The position numbers were made by a program, and so were the translations under genes. The notes under the pieces are model-generated. The model saw nothing but the letters and a program-made list of their open reading frames with translations, was not told where the DNA came from and did not search any database. DNA of 63,435 nucleotides, the filler included, from Intoshia linei (Eukaryota > Animalia > Orthonectida), in the NCBI GenBank assembly GCA_001642005.1. It is 9 parts of 9 records of this genome, joined end to end, with 100 filler letters (N's around TTAATTAATTAA, not from the genome) between each part and the next. Parts side by side here need not be neighbours in the genome. Positions count along the whole stretch, not along the records: positions 1 to 1,878 come from LWCA01002490.1; positions 1,979 to 13,475 come from LWCA01001170.1; 7 more parts are not named here. One strand, 5' to 3'. Positions 1-12,212 of the stretch are shown here, one piece after another (within the stretch, counting starts at the first letter, position 1; every line of letters begins with the position of its first letter).

Positions 1-189
1 TTAAAACTAAAAACTTGTAAAATTCCAATTCAACATTATAATTTTGTAACTAAGTAATATGAGTACGTTTTTAATCTGGCAGCTTTAACTAATGAGCTAC
101 TTTAGGTGCTCTATTGAATTTGTAAGTAAATTTGAAGCATAATTTTATTTAATAATTATTGATAAAATAAAGTTTTGTGATTCTTGAAT

Positions 190-1001
190 ATGTCGGATTT
201 TTACGATTTAAAAAAGGAACAAGATGTGCAATTATACCTAAAAAATATGGAAATTGAGTACGGTTATCAATGTTACGAAGATTGTAAACCGGAAGGATGC
301 ATGCGACTAGGAACGTTTTACATGTCAATGTTGAAAAATTATAAACACGCAATAAAAGCTTGGAAAAAGGGTTGTTATGAGTTAAAAAACGACCATTCAT
401 GTGATTCATTAGCAAAACTATTAGTGAGAGGAATTGGATTCACTAAACGTCAACCTTCTGAAGCCCTAAAGCTATTTTCAAGGTAACATTAACTTTACTT
501 TTCATTGATTAATTGGATAGATCCTGCGACAATAATTTTACAAAAAGTTGTTTATCTGCTGCGTCCCTATATAAAATTAAAAAAGATTGGGTAAATTATG
601 AAATTTATCTAAATAAAGGTTGTAAAAGTGATTTAAATGCTTGTATGGAATTATCTGCATTTATATTTCAAAATTTTCAGAATATAAATTTGAAAAATAT
701 TATTGAAATCAATTTGAACAAACCTAGTGTCCAAACTGATTCAACAATTGAAAATGTTATTTTAAACGATGCAGATGAATTAAATTTCAAGAAATTTTTG
801 AATGCATGTGACGTGTCTTGTAAAACTGGATCTTTTAAAAGTTGTCAATCTTTATCAAATTTATACAAGGTTAATGTTTATAATTTAAAAAATGAAAAAC
901 TATTAATAAAAAATAATAAACTTGGAGAAATTTACCATTCGAAATCTATTAAATTGTATAAATCTGGAAAACATGGCGATTTGTCTCTTGTTTGTGATTA
1001 A
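190..1001 (+). CDS. COA7: Cytochrome c oxidase assembly factor 7 (Sel1-like repeat protein), 2 exons (190..482, 521..1001)
   Basis: N-terminus DLKKEQDVQLYLKNMEIEYGYQCYEDCKPEGCMRLG matches the COA7 pattern, followed by Cys-paired Sel1-like repeats. A 38-nt GT..AG intron (483..520) joins the two ORFs in frame (FSR|SCD). Confidence 0.9.
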
Positions 1002-1019
1002 ATTTAATTTTGTACATTT

Positions 1020-1528
1020 TTACACTTTTCTACAAAATATATATCCTATTGAATGACCGACTACTATTGATAAACATATCCAAAGGTTCATTGTCATTAT
1101 TAAAAGCATTATTACATTTGAATATACAAATTCCAACATATTTAATATAGTGGCAATCATGTGACGTTTTGAAAAACGATTGCGTCTAAATTAAGAACCT
1201 TATATTTTGAACAAGTGTACTTACAATGTTTGGTAAAATTTAATTTTTGAACCTTCAATTAAACTAGACGTTCTAAATTGTTATTATGTTTATGTTGAGC
1301 ATAATAAACTCTACTATTTCACGAGGACCTCCATTATTCACATAATTATTTTTCCATTTTTTTATGAATTGATGTAGAGCGGATATTGCGAATATAAATA
1401 AACAAATTACTGCAAATTCTTAATTAATAAATGCATAAAATAATATGTAAACTTTACTAACCTCTTCTATTGGTTGCTTTTAATTGGCGAAATAGAATTG
1501 AATCTTTTATTCCAATATGAAAATACAT
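1020..1528 (-). CDS. Ctr/SLC31 family copper transporter, 4 exons (absent from the ORF track)
   Basis: Spliced translation MYFHIGIKDSILFRQLK...FAVICLFIFAISALHQFIK...HMIATILNMLEFVYSNVIMLLIMTMNLWICLSIVVGHSIGYIFCRKV*. It has the MYFH start, the TM2 MxxxM motif and the TM3 GxxxG motif of Ctr proteins. Confidence 0.88.
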
Positions 1529-1878
1529 TTATTATTTAAATTATATGAATATTTGTATAGCTGCATGCAATACTGTGTAAACAATAGATTTAATTAACTT
1601 TTCAAATATAGTGTGGTGTTTGCTCAGTACAATCAGACTCATAAATAACGAACATCCTAAATAATTACTTTTATTGTATTACTATATAACAGTTAAAATT
1701 TTTAATTGTGTTAATTGGGTTAAAATTTTTTTAATATATAATATCGAAAAAGTATATCATTTAATGTTTCATATAGCACAATACAAAATACAGGGTATTT
1801 ATATTTGTTTTTGCACATTACAAGAAAGTTTTTGCACTTTATTGTTTTGTCAATTATGATGAAATTGTAACTAATATA

Positions 1879-1978
1879 NNNNNNNNNNNNNNNNNNNNNN
1901 NNNNNNNNNNNNNNNNNNNNNNTTAATTAATTAANNNNNNNNNNNNNNNNNNNNNNNNNNNNNNNNNNNNNNNNNNNN
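1879..1978. other. Assembly gap spacer N44-TTAATTAATTAA-N44 (also 13476..13575, 30163..30262, 36846..36945, 48869..48968, 50883..50982, 60642..60741, 61788..61887)
   Basis: Identical 100-bp linker with stops in all six frames, flanked by Ns. Artificial. Confidence 0.98.
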
Positions 1979-2840
1979 ATTACGAAAATAAAGAATTAAC
2001 CAATGAAGTATAAAATTGTAACCGATTCAGCCAAAAGAGCCTTACAAAAATATAAACGATCATTAAATTTGTACACAAAAGAAGAAAAAATTAAAAATAC
2101 AGTGATGATTTTTAGTACATTTTCCTATAAATGCTTGGATTAATTACATTCCCGTTTATAATATATTTTGGATTAAAATTTATAAAATCTTTTATTTTGT
2201 TGGTATATTGCGTTGAGGATATATAAAATTTTGGTTGGATTATGACAATCTTAAGTCTCTTATAAAAATAGACAATAATAAATAATAATTAAGATAAAAA
2301 TATAAAAGTAGACTAAAATTTTTGAAATGATAGACAAATTTCTACATTTAACCCACCACAAACACCAAAACAAAATGATAAATAGCTATAATTTGAAAAT
2401 TTTTTTTTATATTATAGAATAACGTCAATGGTGCATGACGCAGCTTAGCATTATTTATTAAAATATACAAATATTATTAAATTTTCAACACAAACGAAGC
2501 ATGAATTTAAGTTTTTGTAAAAAAAACTAAAAAAACATGAAAATAAACTTAAATTTAGCTGTTTTTTGTTAATTACTTAATTGATCAACGCTGAGTCATT
2601 AATGAGTATTTTTCAGAATTAGTCATCGGATTGTCATTTTTTTTCGAATTACATCTAATCTACTGGGTATGTTTTTAAATTTCTTAAAAAAAATATTTGA
2701 TGTGACACCCTAATGTCCAACAATGCGATCGAGATTGACTGGTCGATCTCTATAATTTAAAATTTTATTTATGAACCTACTAGGTTCGGCTTTGTTCAGT
2801 TAAACAATTAAGTATTACTTGTAATGAATTATTATTTTAG

Positions 2841-3134
2841 TCTAGCCTTAAATCATCCATGAAGCCAGAAAAATGTAACAATGAACAAAACAAAATTATG
2901 CCTTTGGTGGAATCGAGTCATATTACAGATAGTTTATTAAAAATAAACCCTATTGTGGACATTGATCAATCTAAAAAACTCATACGCAATAAGAAACGAC
3001 AAGTAACTGAATATAAAACATTACAAGAAAATCCATCATTATCCACTTCCTATAAATCTTTATTCAATACATGTGAAAAAGCTAAAAAGCAACCAAAACC
3101 TAATTGGGTTACCAATGATCCTGGTTACTACTAA
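2841..3134 (+). CDS. Terminal exon of a hypothetical protein
   Basis: Preceded by acceptor ttattttag. Open hydrophilic frame ending WVTNDPGYY*. No recognisable domain. Confidence 0.45.
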   Translation, partial: SSLKSSMKPEKCNNEQNKIMPLVESSHITDSLLKINPIVDIDQSKKLIRNKKRQVTEYKTLQENPSLSTSYKSLFNTCEKAKKQPKPNWVTNDPGYY

Positions 3135-3469
3135 TAAACATACTTTTTAATATTTTCGTTAATTTAGTTAGGTCAACTTTTTCGATATAAATTTGCAATG
3201 TATGTATTTGCAACTCAACTTGAATGCACTTATTCTACCGGTTGACTGAAAATTATGCGCTAGGCATATATATAATGTACAGTGGGGTGTCATTTTGGGA
3301 AAAATTTGCGAATTTTCTATACGTTCACCACTCAATGCATTCAGAATCTGAATTTCAGATATAGCGGTTTCACATTTTTTTTTATCAGATATTATATAAA
3401 TATTAAGTTGTGATTGTCTTGTCTCAATATTCCTGCGTTTATCAAATTTTTTTAATTTGTAGCAGTATT

Positions 3470-3727
3470 GAGAATTTTCCTTATAAGTTTTTTACAAAAT
3501 TGAAAAATAGTGGCGATATTGAAAGGCCTCACTGTAATAGTATTCTACGGAGAATTATGGCTCTCATATATGCTAAAGGAGGTGTTACAAAATATTAATT
3601 AATTTCAATTAAACATAAATATGTGTAACTTATATTAAAAATTTTATTTAATTTCCTCTACTCATTAATGAATTAGTAACCACAGAATATGTAAAAAGCA
3701 ATTATTATAATCTTATGACCAACACTG
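3470..3727 (+). mobile_element. Tc1 transposon 3' remnant
   Basis: SILRRIMALIYAKGGVTKY* is the Tc1 transposase C-terminal signature, followed by a TIR-like end GACCAACACTG-TA. Confidence 0.75.
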
Positions 3728-3891
3728 TATACCAATTACATGATAAATCAAAATAATTAGTATTTGTACTTACGTTCAATAGAGTTGCAACATTTTTGCC
3801 TATTGCTAATTTATACTAAATTTATATTACAAAAATTTATTTATATATAAAACATTACAATTTAAAATAATGTAACAAAAAATTAATTGTA

Positions 3892-6800
3892 CTATATAAA
3901 TATAGGACTAGTAATAATCTCCATAAATTTAATACGAATATAATCGTTATTATTTACAATTATTCCCACGTTTTTAATTTTTTTACTTATAATGTGAGAA
4001 TAAAGAAAAGCACTAGTATTTGAATCTTTAGGTAACTTCATGGATATTAGATGAGATAAAATAGAATTTTTTAAAAGTATGACGGCATTAATAATATTTT
4101 CTTTAACATCTAGTTCGAATATACCATCCTTATAGAAATTATTATCAAATATAGCTGAACCTATAGAATCATCATATTCATAAAATTCTTTATCATAATG
4201 CATATTATAGTTTTCGACTTCATACAAATTAAACAAAGTGCGACAGAATGTTTTAATGTTCAATTCGTCATGTTTAAAAGTGATTATTGCTGCTCGAACC
4301 GATTGTATGGAACTACAAATTTTACCAACATAACCTACATGAAGGATTGTATTTTCTATGGTCTTCTTTTCTTCCCACTGACATATATTATCTAGACCAA
4401 GCAACAAAAGATTAAATAGGTAATTTAATCCTAGAAGATGCTTTTCTGGTTTATTTAAGTTTTTATCAAATTCATATATCATATGCATACCATAACCTAT
4501 ATGAATATCATTCTGTAAACCATGCAGTAACATGGAGACACATTTAGGTATTTCTTTAGTTAACAATTTCCCCACAATAAATTGAATTAAATAGTCAGCT
4601 TTATCGAAGCTATATCTAAAAATATGAATTAGGGTTTTACAGTTTTTAAAATGTAAATTAAGAAAAATCAACTTTTGTATATTTTCATTACTATATTCAT
4701 ACTCATTCTATTCCACGACACTGGAATAAACATTTTATAGTGATGTAGGAGGAGGAGGCTTCAAATGACTGAAAAAAACAATTTTTTAAATTTTTGATAT
4801 AATTGATAATTGAATTTTTTAATCTACACGAAATATAAAAAGACTTTCAACACGATCCGAAGTTCGTGTTCAGATAAGAACACGCAGTATTAATATAATA
4901 ATTAAATTTTTAATTATTTAAGCGTTCCCAAGGCTTTAATATTTTTTTATTGTCAATAATTTAATTCGGTGTGGGGCATACTTGGTTTTTGGGGCACTTT
5001 TTCAGAATTATGTTAATTTTATAGTATTTATATCAATGGCATAGTAATATATGTAAAATTAACCCCGCTTTTGTGGCCAAAATGTTGTAAATATATAAGG
5101 ATAATTCCTATAGTGATGACATTAAATTAGAATTAGATTTATTTAAATATTTTACATACATTTTCATATGTATTTATCAAATTCATTAATTTTTCATTCA
5201 TGCCTATATTTTAATATCTGATAAATTATTAATTACTATTCTAGATTAGAAAGTAACTATAATTCTAAAAATTAAGTACATAATTACAAAAATATTCATA
5301 ACTTTGATTTGAGATTTTTATTAAATTTTGATAATCAGGAATTTACCTGAAAATATCGCCCTAAACAGTGTTGGACTCTAATAGAAACAAATATAATATC
5401 ATAATGTATTGCAATAGTTTAAATATTCAATGAAAAATTAGATAACCCCTGATTTTGGGGCACTTTTCAAAAAATGGTGCCCCAATTCGAGATTCCACTG
5501 TACTAGTAAAATTTTGAGCAGCTATTCCCAAATACATCACCAAACATATATTTTTGGTTATTTGCATGTTTTCCTTGATATACCCGTGGGAAAAATCCAG
5601 CTAGTAAAATTATTAAATTTTAACACCAAATAAACTAAAATTGATAATATGTATTTTTTCTGGCTACTCTAGTTAAGTGACTTAATTTATAGCAAACATA
5701 ACTTTTTAATAGAATATTACGTAGATAAAATTTTCGTCGCACAAACAAAAAATTCCAAACAAGTGATCCATTCTTGGCGATGATACCAATAAATACTAAT
5801 GTTTAAATATGGTATCACATAAGAATTTTTGTAAAATGTTTTTGATGAGAGAATAGACAATTCATGTAAAATTAACGAAAGGTCTTCTGTAGTATTCATC
5901 TAAAAATACATTTAAAATGAAATAGGTCAAGTACTACAGTTATTTTCTTATACAAATAATCTTGCATTTGGGCTAGACATGTCAACATAGGTGGGTATCG
6001 GTACAGCAATGCATTTTCAAATAAAAATGAGAAAATTTTCTAATGCAAAAATATAAATGTTAAAAACTATTAATTACCTCTTTATATCGCATCAAAATGA
6101 TGCACTCATGACACGCTCCTTTTAAATAAAATTTTGTATTTAAATTAGAAATAAAAAATATGAAATTTGTCAATGGAGATGGTTTTATATACATATCCCT
6201 TTGATATAACCAATCGTTTGGTAATTTTAAAGGCATATCTAATTCCACAAACCAACCATACGAAGTTGAGTCTACACATTTTCAAAGTTAATAAGTACAA
6301 TATTAGTAAAAATACATGAAATTTCAAGATGAGCAGATTTTATAGAAGATTCAATAAATAACCAGGATCTGCCCTCACTAAAACACAAGTTCACACCAGA
6401 AACGCCTATCAATTGAAATATAGCTACAATAACCATCAAAAATCCAGTTCGTCCCATAGATTTATCTAAAAAATGTAAAATGAATTTAAACTGCATTTAC
6501 GTTGAATCACATGATAAATAGAATTGACAGAATTTGTTTCTGTGTATTTGAGTTCATCATTAAAATGTGTTAGAATAAATTCAATAATCTCAATTTTAAT
6601 ATCGAAATCTTTTAAATCACAGCCCGGGTAACTACTTTCAAATGCAATCAGTACGGACTCCACTTTACTAATCCAAAGCGAATAAATATTGAGAATTTCA
6701 TGAAAGCTTATGCTTACATCTAATAAATAGAAAATTAAATTTTATTTCAATACCAATATCAGACGGTTTCTCGCAAACACTTATAGAAAACCCAGCATCT

Positions 6801-7126
6801 GTGCAGTGTAATATTGATTTTACTTTATGTTCAATGCAACCATTTATAATGTTGAATACACTGTAATTTGCATTTTTACCAATTACATCAGATTTTTTTG
6901 AGGTTACTATGTTCCATTCAATTAGTTTTAAATAGTCCTCAATGGAATTGAAACTGAAATTAATAATAGATAATTTCACACTATCCAATTGAAATTTTTT
7001 AGCAATCCATTTCATAGTTGATTCAAACGATTATTAACTTTATTATAATAAAATTTAATAACGACTATAACTACAAGCATAATATATAATATCACGCGTA
7101 ATAAATTGAAAATGGTTTGTGAATCC
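3892..7126 (-). CDS. Multi-exon hypothetical protein(s); may be two genes or contain frameshifts
   Basis: Chain of minus-strand ORFs with GT/AG borders (6698..7015, 6466..6663, 6272..6496, 5717..5899, about 5505..5600, 3892..about 4616). No family recognised. Confidence 0.5.
4965..5500. mobile_element. pogo/Tigger-type MITE remnant in an intron
   Basis: Right end reads TA-CAGTGGAATCTCGAATTGGGGCAC on the minus strand. GGGGCAC subterminal motifs recur near 4970-5000. Confidence 0.5.
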
Positions 7127-7772
7127 TGTAAAACATTATTTATAATAAAATTGTATTTATATTATATATAGGTTTCAGCAAAAATGGTAAGAAAACATAA
7201 TTATTTTTATTATTTGACAGAAAATATTGAAATTAAGGCACATGAAAACAAAGTAATATCAAATCTTTATCGGTATTTATTTTTATATATTATTATATTT
7301 ATTATCTGTATTTTTTTGGATTTGAATTTCGGTTAAATTTCACCTTTTAAATATCGTTATGAATACACTCAATGTACTACTTAAGCCAGCGATTTCTGAA
7401 TGGTAGGAATCTTTTGATTTTTAAAAAAAGGATAATTTGGGTTTTTTACATTTGAAATTTGCGATTAAACATCACCCTCGAAAAACTGTAATAAACATGG
7501 AATTTTTAATCTCGACTCCTCTTACTTTCTTAAATAATCTGGAACAGACAAATAAATAAAGTCATACATTTTAAACTAAATTACTTTATATAATTTATCT
7601 TTATTTAGTAATAAGTAAGGAATCCTTGCTAATATTTTAATGCAATATAGGGTGTTCATTTAACAGCGCACACATGAAAATAATTGATAAACTTTACTTA
7701 TAAATTATGAGTCATAATTACTACAACTGATAACAAAGTTAATGAATCAAATACAGATAGTATACAATAGAT

Positions 7773-8791
7773 CAGTGATGGCAAAGTACGTGTTTTCGTG
7801 TAAAAAATACACACTTGACATTTTTTTTAGACACTTGAAAAAATATATAAGTTCACTTCAAATAAAAAATATTACTAAAATAAGTGAGATCAGAAATTGA
7901 AGTAATAGACTTACAAAATTATTTGAAGATGTTACCTACTTTGACCAATCAAATATGTTATTAGAAGTTTGGAATTCTATGCCTAAAACAATTAATAGTC
8001 TGAAATGTCTAGCTAAACCTATATTAACCCTTACGAGACAATTGCATGTATTGATGCCAAAAACTACACTCATAAATTCACATTGGTTTGTATATAAACC
8101 ATAATAAGGCGGTACCAATATAAATTTTGAACAAATTACTGCTCATACAATAACATGTAATATGCGTAAAAATTAATTTTATTATCAATGTTTACTTTGT
8201 GTCAACAATAAAATAAATTATATTTGAAATACAATAGACGCGACGTGATTGTAATTGCGTGTCATAAATTAAATATATTTTATTGCTAATTCTTAGCCAA
8301 ACATTAAAGTCAAATTGAAGTTGTTTACTTCACAAATCAATGACATTTGAAATTTGTGAATTTTGAGCTTTAAATTTTAGTGTTTTTTAACATTGCAAAA
8401 GTGAAATTTTTTGCTTTCAATTTTGAAAATTAGCATAGTCTCGTAAGGGTTAACTATATTTTCATCTACATATTCTTGTGAATCGTTATTTTCCACATTG
8501 AATATGTCAAAAATCATAAAAGGAATAGACTTCACGATGAAACTAGTTTGGCTTGTGTAGCGTTAAAATCAACAAGTTATGAACCTCCCATTGAAAAACT
8601 TTCAGCTCAATTTTTTAAATCTAAATAAATGTAAAAATTATTTTTTGAACTCATTTTCCATCATCAAGTTGTTCGACTTAATTGACGGTTTTGATTGACT
8701 TAATATTTTTTTAATAAAAACATACTAGAAAAAAATTTCTGAAAATAGTATTAAATTTAACACACCTAGTTTTAGTTGGCTGCCATCACTG
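7773..8791 (+). mobile_element. hAT (Buster/Charlie-like) deletion derivative
   Basis: TIR CAGTGATGGCA/TGCCATCACTG and perfect 8-bp TSD CAATAGAT. Internal remnant PILTIFSSTYSCESLFSTLN...RNRL is the hAT dimerisation domain. Confidence 0.9.
8028..8449. mobile_element. piggyBac-type MITE
   Basis: TTAA-CCCTTACGAGAC ... GTCTCGTAAGGG-TTAA. Removing it restores the hAT reading frame. Confidence 0.9.
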
Positions 8792-10799
8792 CAATAGATA
8801 GACACAAATAGTATTTCTAAAATATTAAATTCAAGATTATCAATCACAGTTTAATTTGAAGAATTTTATATGGCTTGTTTGAACTTTATTTTAGCGCACA
8901 CTTTTTTTATTTTTACAATGAAAAATGTATAGAAAATATAAAAGTATGCGATTTAAAATGAACACCCTCTATGAATCTACACAAACAAAAACGTTAACAC
9001 CCCACTGTATAGGGATATGCAAACTGATTAATTCAAATGGTAGCTTTATTTTTCATTATATTGAACTTAACCAACCATTAATTATATTGTCCAACACTTA
9101 AAAAACATTTAATATCAGCTGCACCAATAATCATTACATTTTTCCAATCTAGAGATATGATCATTTTTATGATCTACAATAGGGGTGGACACAATACGAC
9201 CTGCAAGATGGTGCGCAGATTTTTAAATTATAGTTTAATGTTCATTCAATTATTTCAATATTAAAAAATTAATGATTCATTGGTATCATACCATACCACA
9301 ATGCGTTTTTTTTCAAAAATGAAATCTTCGAAAAATTTGTGACGAACTCAATACAGCCTGACTTATAATAATTTAGAAATTTGTGATAAAAAACCATTAT
9401 ACATTTCACTTTTCAGTGTTGGTCAGAAGTATTATACTAAATCACAAACTTAGTAAAAAATATACAAATTATGGGATATGCCGATTATGTAGAAGTAATA
9501 TTAAACAATTTGGGCATTACTACTGTCAAGGTAATTTTTACATAAAATATTTAGTACAGTAAACTCTCCAAACGTGACTTTTTTGTATCAAACCCTACAA
9601 TGATCTAAATAATTTGTTAGGGTTAATTATCCCCTGTGAACCACAAAAAAATTAATAATTGTCGTATCCCAAGAGCAAGCAAAACTAAAATTTATTTTTA
9701 CCATATCAATATCAAATTTCTAAAATTCAATTTCAAAATTTGTTAGCATTTCATATTTTGCAACTTCTGTATATGAAGTACATAAAACGCAATTTTAGAT
9801 TTTTAGAAAACTTATTAAATGTACAGTAAGTTTAACCCATTACGACATTTTGACGCGTATTATTCATTAAACTAGAGTGTCCAGATTTTGTAAGTACTAA
9901 ATAAGTACTTTTCGAAATGTCTTAGAAACAAAAGGAACAATAAAATTTGAATCGAAAGTTCTAACAATTTAAAATATGAAATGTAAGTGTTAATTTTATT
10001 GGTATTTATCATTGCAAATTATTTTTTTACGTAATTCACTATGATTTTTCAAATGTTTGTTAAAATCAATAAACTCTCTTTACAATTATTTTTTTGGCAT
10101 AATTAAAAAATAATTCATTTTTATTAATTTATAAATTTGAAGTGATCCAAATTAAACGATATAAAGTGTTTTTATAAAATATAAATTTATTAAAACTTCA
10201 CTTTATTAAGAATGTGAAAAATTACAAGTAAAATATTGACTAAAATTATCTATGGTATTTTTGAGTACTTATTTAGTTATTTTAAATGTCAAAAATAAAT
10301 ACTTATGGACACACTAATTAAACATGTGTTCAATGAATATTGTTCATATTGACACTTATTTTATATAATTATACAGTATAACACCGTGTTTTGGCACCTT
10401 TTTTGAAAAGGCTCCAAAAACTGAGGGTAATAATAAGATTCTATTATGTATTAAATTAATTGAACGATGATAGTATTTAATCATAGTAAGAAAGTTGATA
10501 AAGATTCGTTGATGGGTCATATCACAAAAAATTAAGCATTTATTTACAATTAAAAAATAGATTTTTATAGTATTAAAACTAATATAAATAGAATTGAAAA
10601 TTTTGAGACAAGACAATCATAACTTAATATTTACATAATATCTGATAAAAACAAATGTGACGAAAAATAATTTAATCTACATAATAATCCGTTATCTTAT
10701 TGTTTCTTTTCGAAAGCTTTTTATTATTTTTTTCTAAATTCATAAAATTCTTTAATACAATTTGGTGAAACAAATCTTAAATTATCTTTTGATTCTGAT

Positions 10800-11690
10800 A
10801 GTAATTTTATCGTTTTTGAAGTGGTTGTTTGAGATAAATTGGAACCATTATAAAATGATATCTTCGTCATCATTTAATATAAATATACTTTCTTGTATAA
10901 ATAATTCGATTTCATCAGTTTTTATATTAGGAATTGTTATATGCGTCCTTTCGCGGTGTTTATTTATTTTTTCCAGCAATTTCTAATTGTTTCCACTGTT
11001 ATTTTTTCCCATGGTTGAGAAATTATAACAATAACTTACCTTATGTTTAAATTAGAAAGGAATTTGATAATTCGCCACAATTAATAGTTAGGAAAAATTA
11101 TCATATTACATTATAATAATGGTTTTTAAATGATTTTATGATACCCATATCAAGTGTTGAATTAAAGCTGTTGCATTCTTTGGTAAAAAAAGCAACTTAA
11201 TATTTGAACAATCTAACTGTTTATGATAACTAGCATTATCCAAAATAAGTACAATTTTTCTCTTTTGATCCTTCATTTCACAATTCAAAACTATCAACCA
11301 TGCATGAAAATATTGCTTGTCATTCATGCATTTACCGATGAATTATATAAAACTCCGAAATCAGGTGGAAAAAAATTTTTCCTACATCGAGGATTCTTAC
11401 TTTTTCCTATTAACAATGGCTGTAGCTTTTCCCCATCCAAACTACAACATAAAAATAATGTTACTTTTTGTTTCATTTGTTTAGTTTCTTTACATTCATC
11501 GTTTTTTTGAACAAATTATTTCTTTGAAAGGTTTTTAATATATAAAGCGGTTTCGTCACAGTTATTAGTTTTTCACTTTTATATTTACGTATGTGCTCAT
11601 CGTAAATTGCATAAAAATCAATTAAATTCGACTTATCACATGATTTTTTTTCACCATAAATTGACTTAAATAATAATTCATTTCTGGATT
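10800..11690 (-). pseudogene. Degraded pogo/Tigger (DDE_1) transposase
   Basis: Fragments NCDETALY, KVTLFLCCSLDGEKLQPLLIGKSKNPRC and KRKIVLILDNASYH...IKLLFLPKNATALIQ, with stops and frameshifts. Ends approximate. Confidence 0.85.
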
Positions 11691-12212
11691 TGTAATTGGA
11701 TTCCTAGGGTACATGTATTTAACACATTAATTAATTTGCACCAAGTTTTTATGAGAAATTTTCAAATGTCGACTCAGTGTATGAAAGGGTTAATTTTTGT
11801 GTTTATTAAATTTACCGAAAAAACCGGTTTGACAACACTAATCATAAAGCAACAATAGAAAGAATATAGAGAATGCAGGTATAAACTAAATAAATTTTGA
11901 TATCTGCCTGATGCTATACCGTAATTATTAATTTTATTACATTTAGAATGCTCCTATAAAAAAGGTAAAATATTGTTTTTATTCACATTCAATTTAAGGT
12001 ATATGCGCCATGTGTGGGAAAAAATTAATTAATGTAAATAATTACAGACAAAGTATTGTATAATAATAAACTCTTGTATCAAATCTTAAATTAATGTAAC
12101 CCTAGAACTATCGAGAAAAAAATATAACAACTACCAGAGGTGGTGATTTTAACCACCTTTTTTCTTTTTAAAACCAATTACGAGCTATAAATATTTTACG
12201 ATGCAATAAAAA

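Larger units (their letters stand above)
7648..8969. mobile_element. Mariner-type MITE hosting a nested hAT element
   Basis: TA-TAGGGTGTTCATTTAA ... TTAAAATGAACACCCTC-TA imperfect TIRs. Confidence 0.65.

Noticed and set aside
1879-1978. Recurrent palindrome TTAATTAATTAA flanked by Ns as a biological repeat
   Set aside because: It is an artificial scaffolding linker. ORF 60686..60886, which runs into one such linker, is also spurious.
2725-2790. Small hairpins GAGATTGAC-TG-GTCGATCTC and GAACCTA-C-TAGGTTC as an ncRNA
   Set aside because: Stems are too short, loops are sterically implausible, and no RNA family motif is present.
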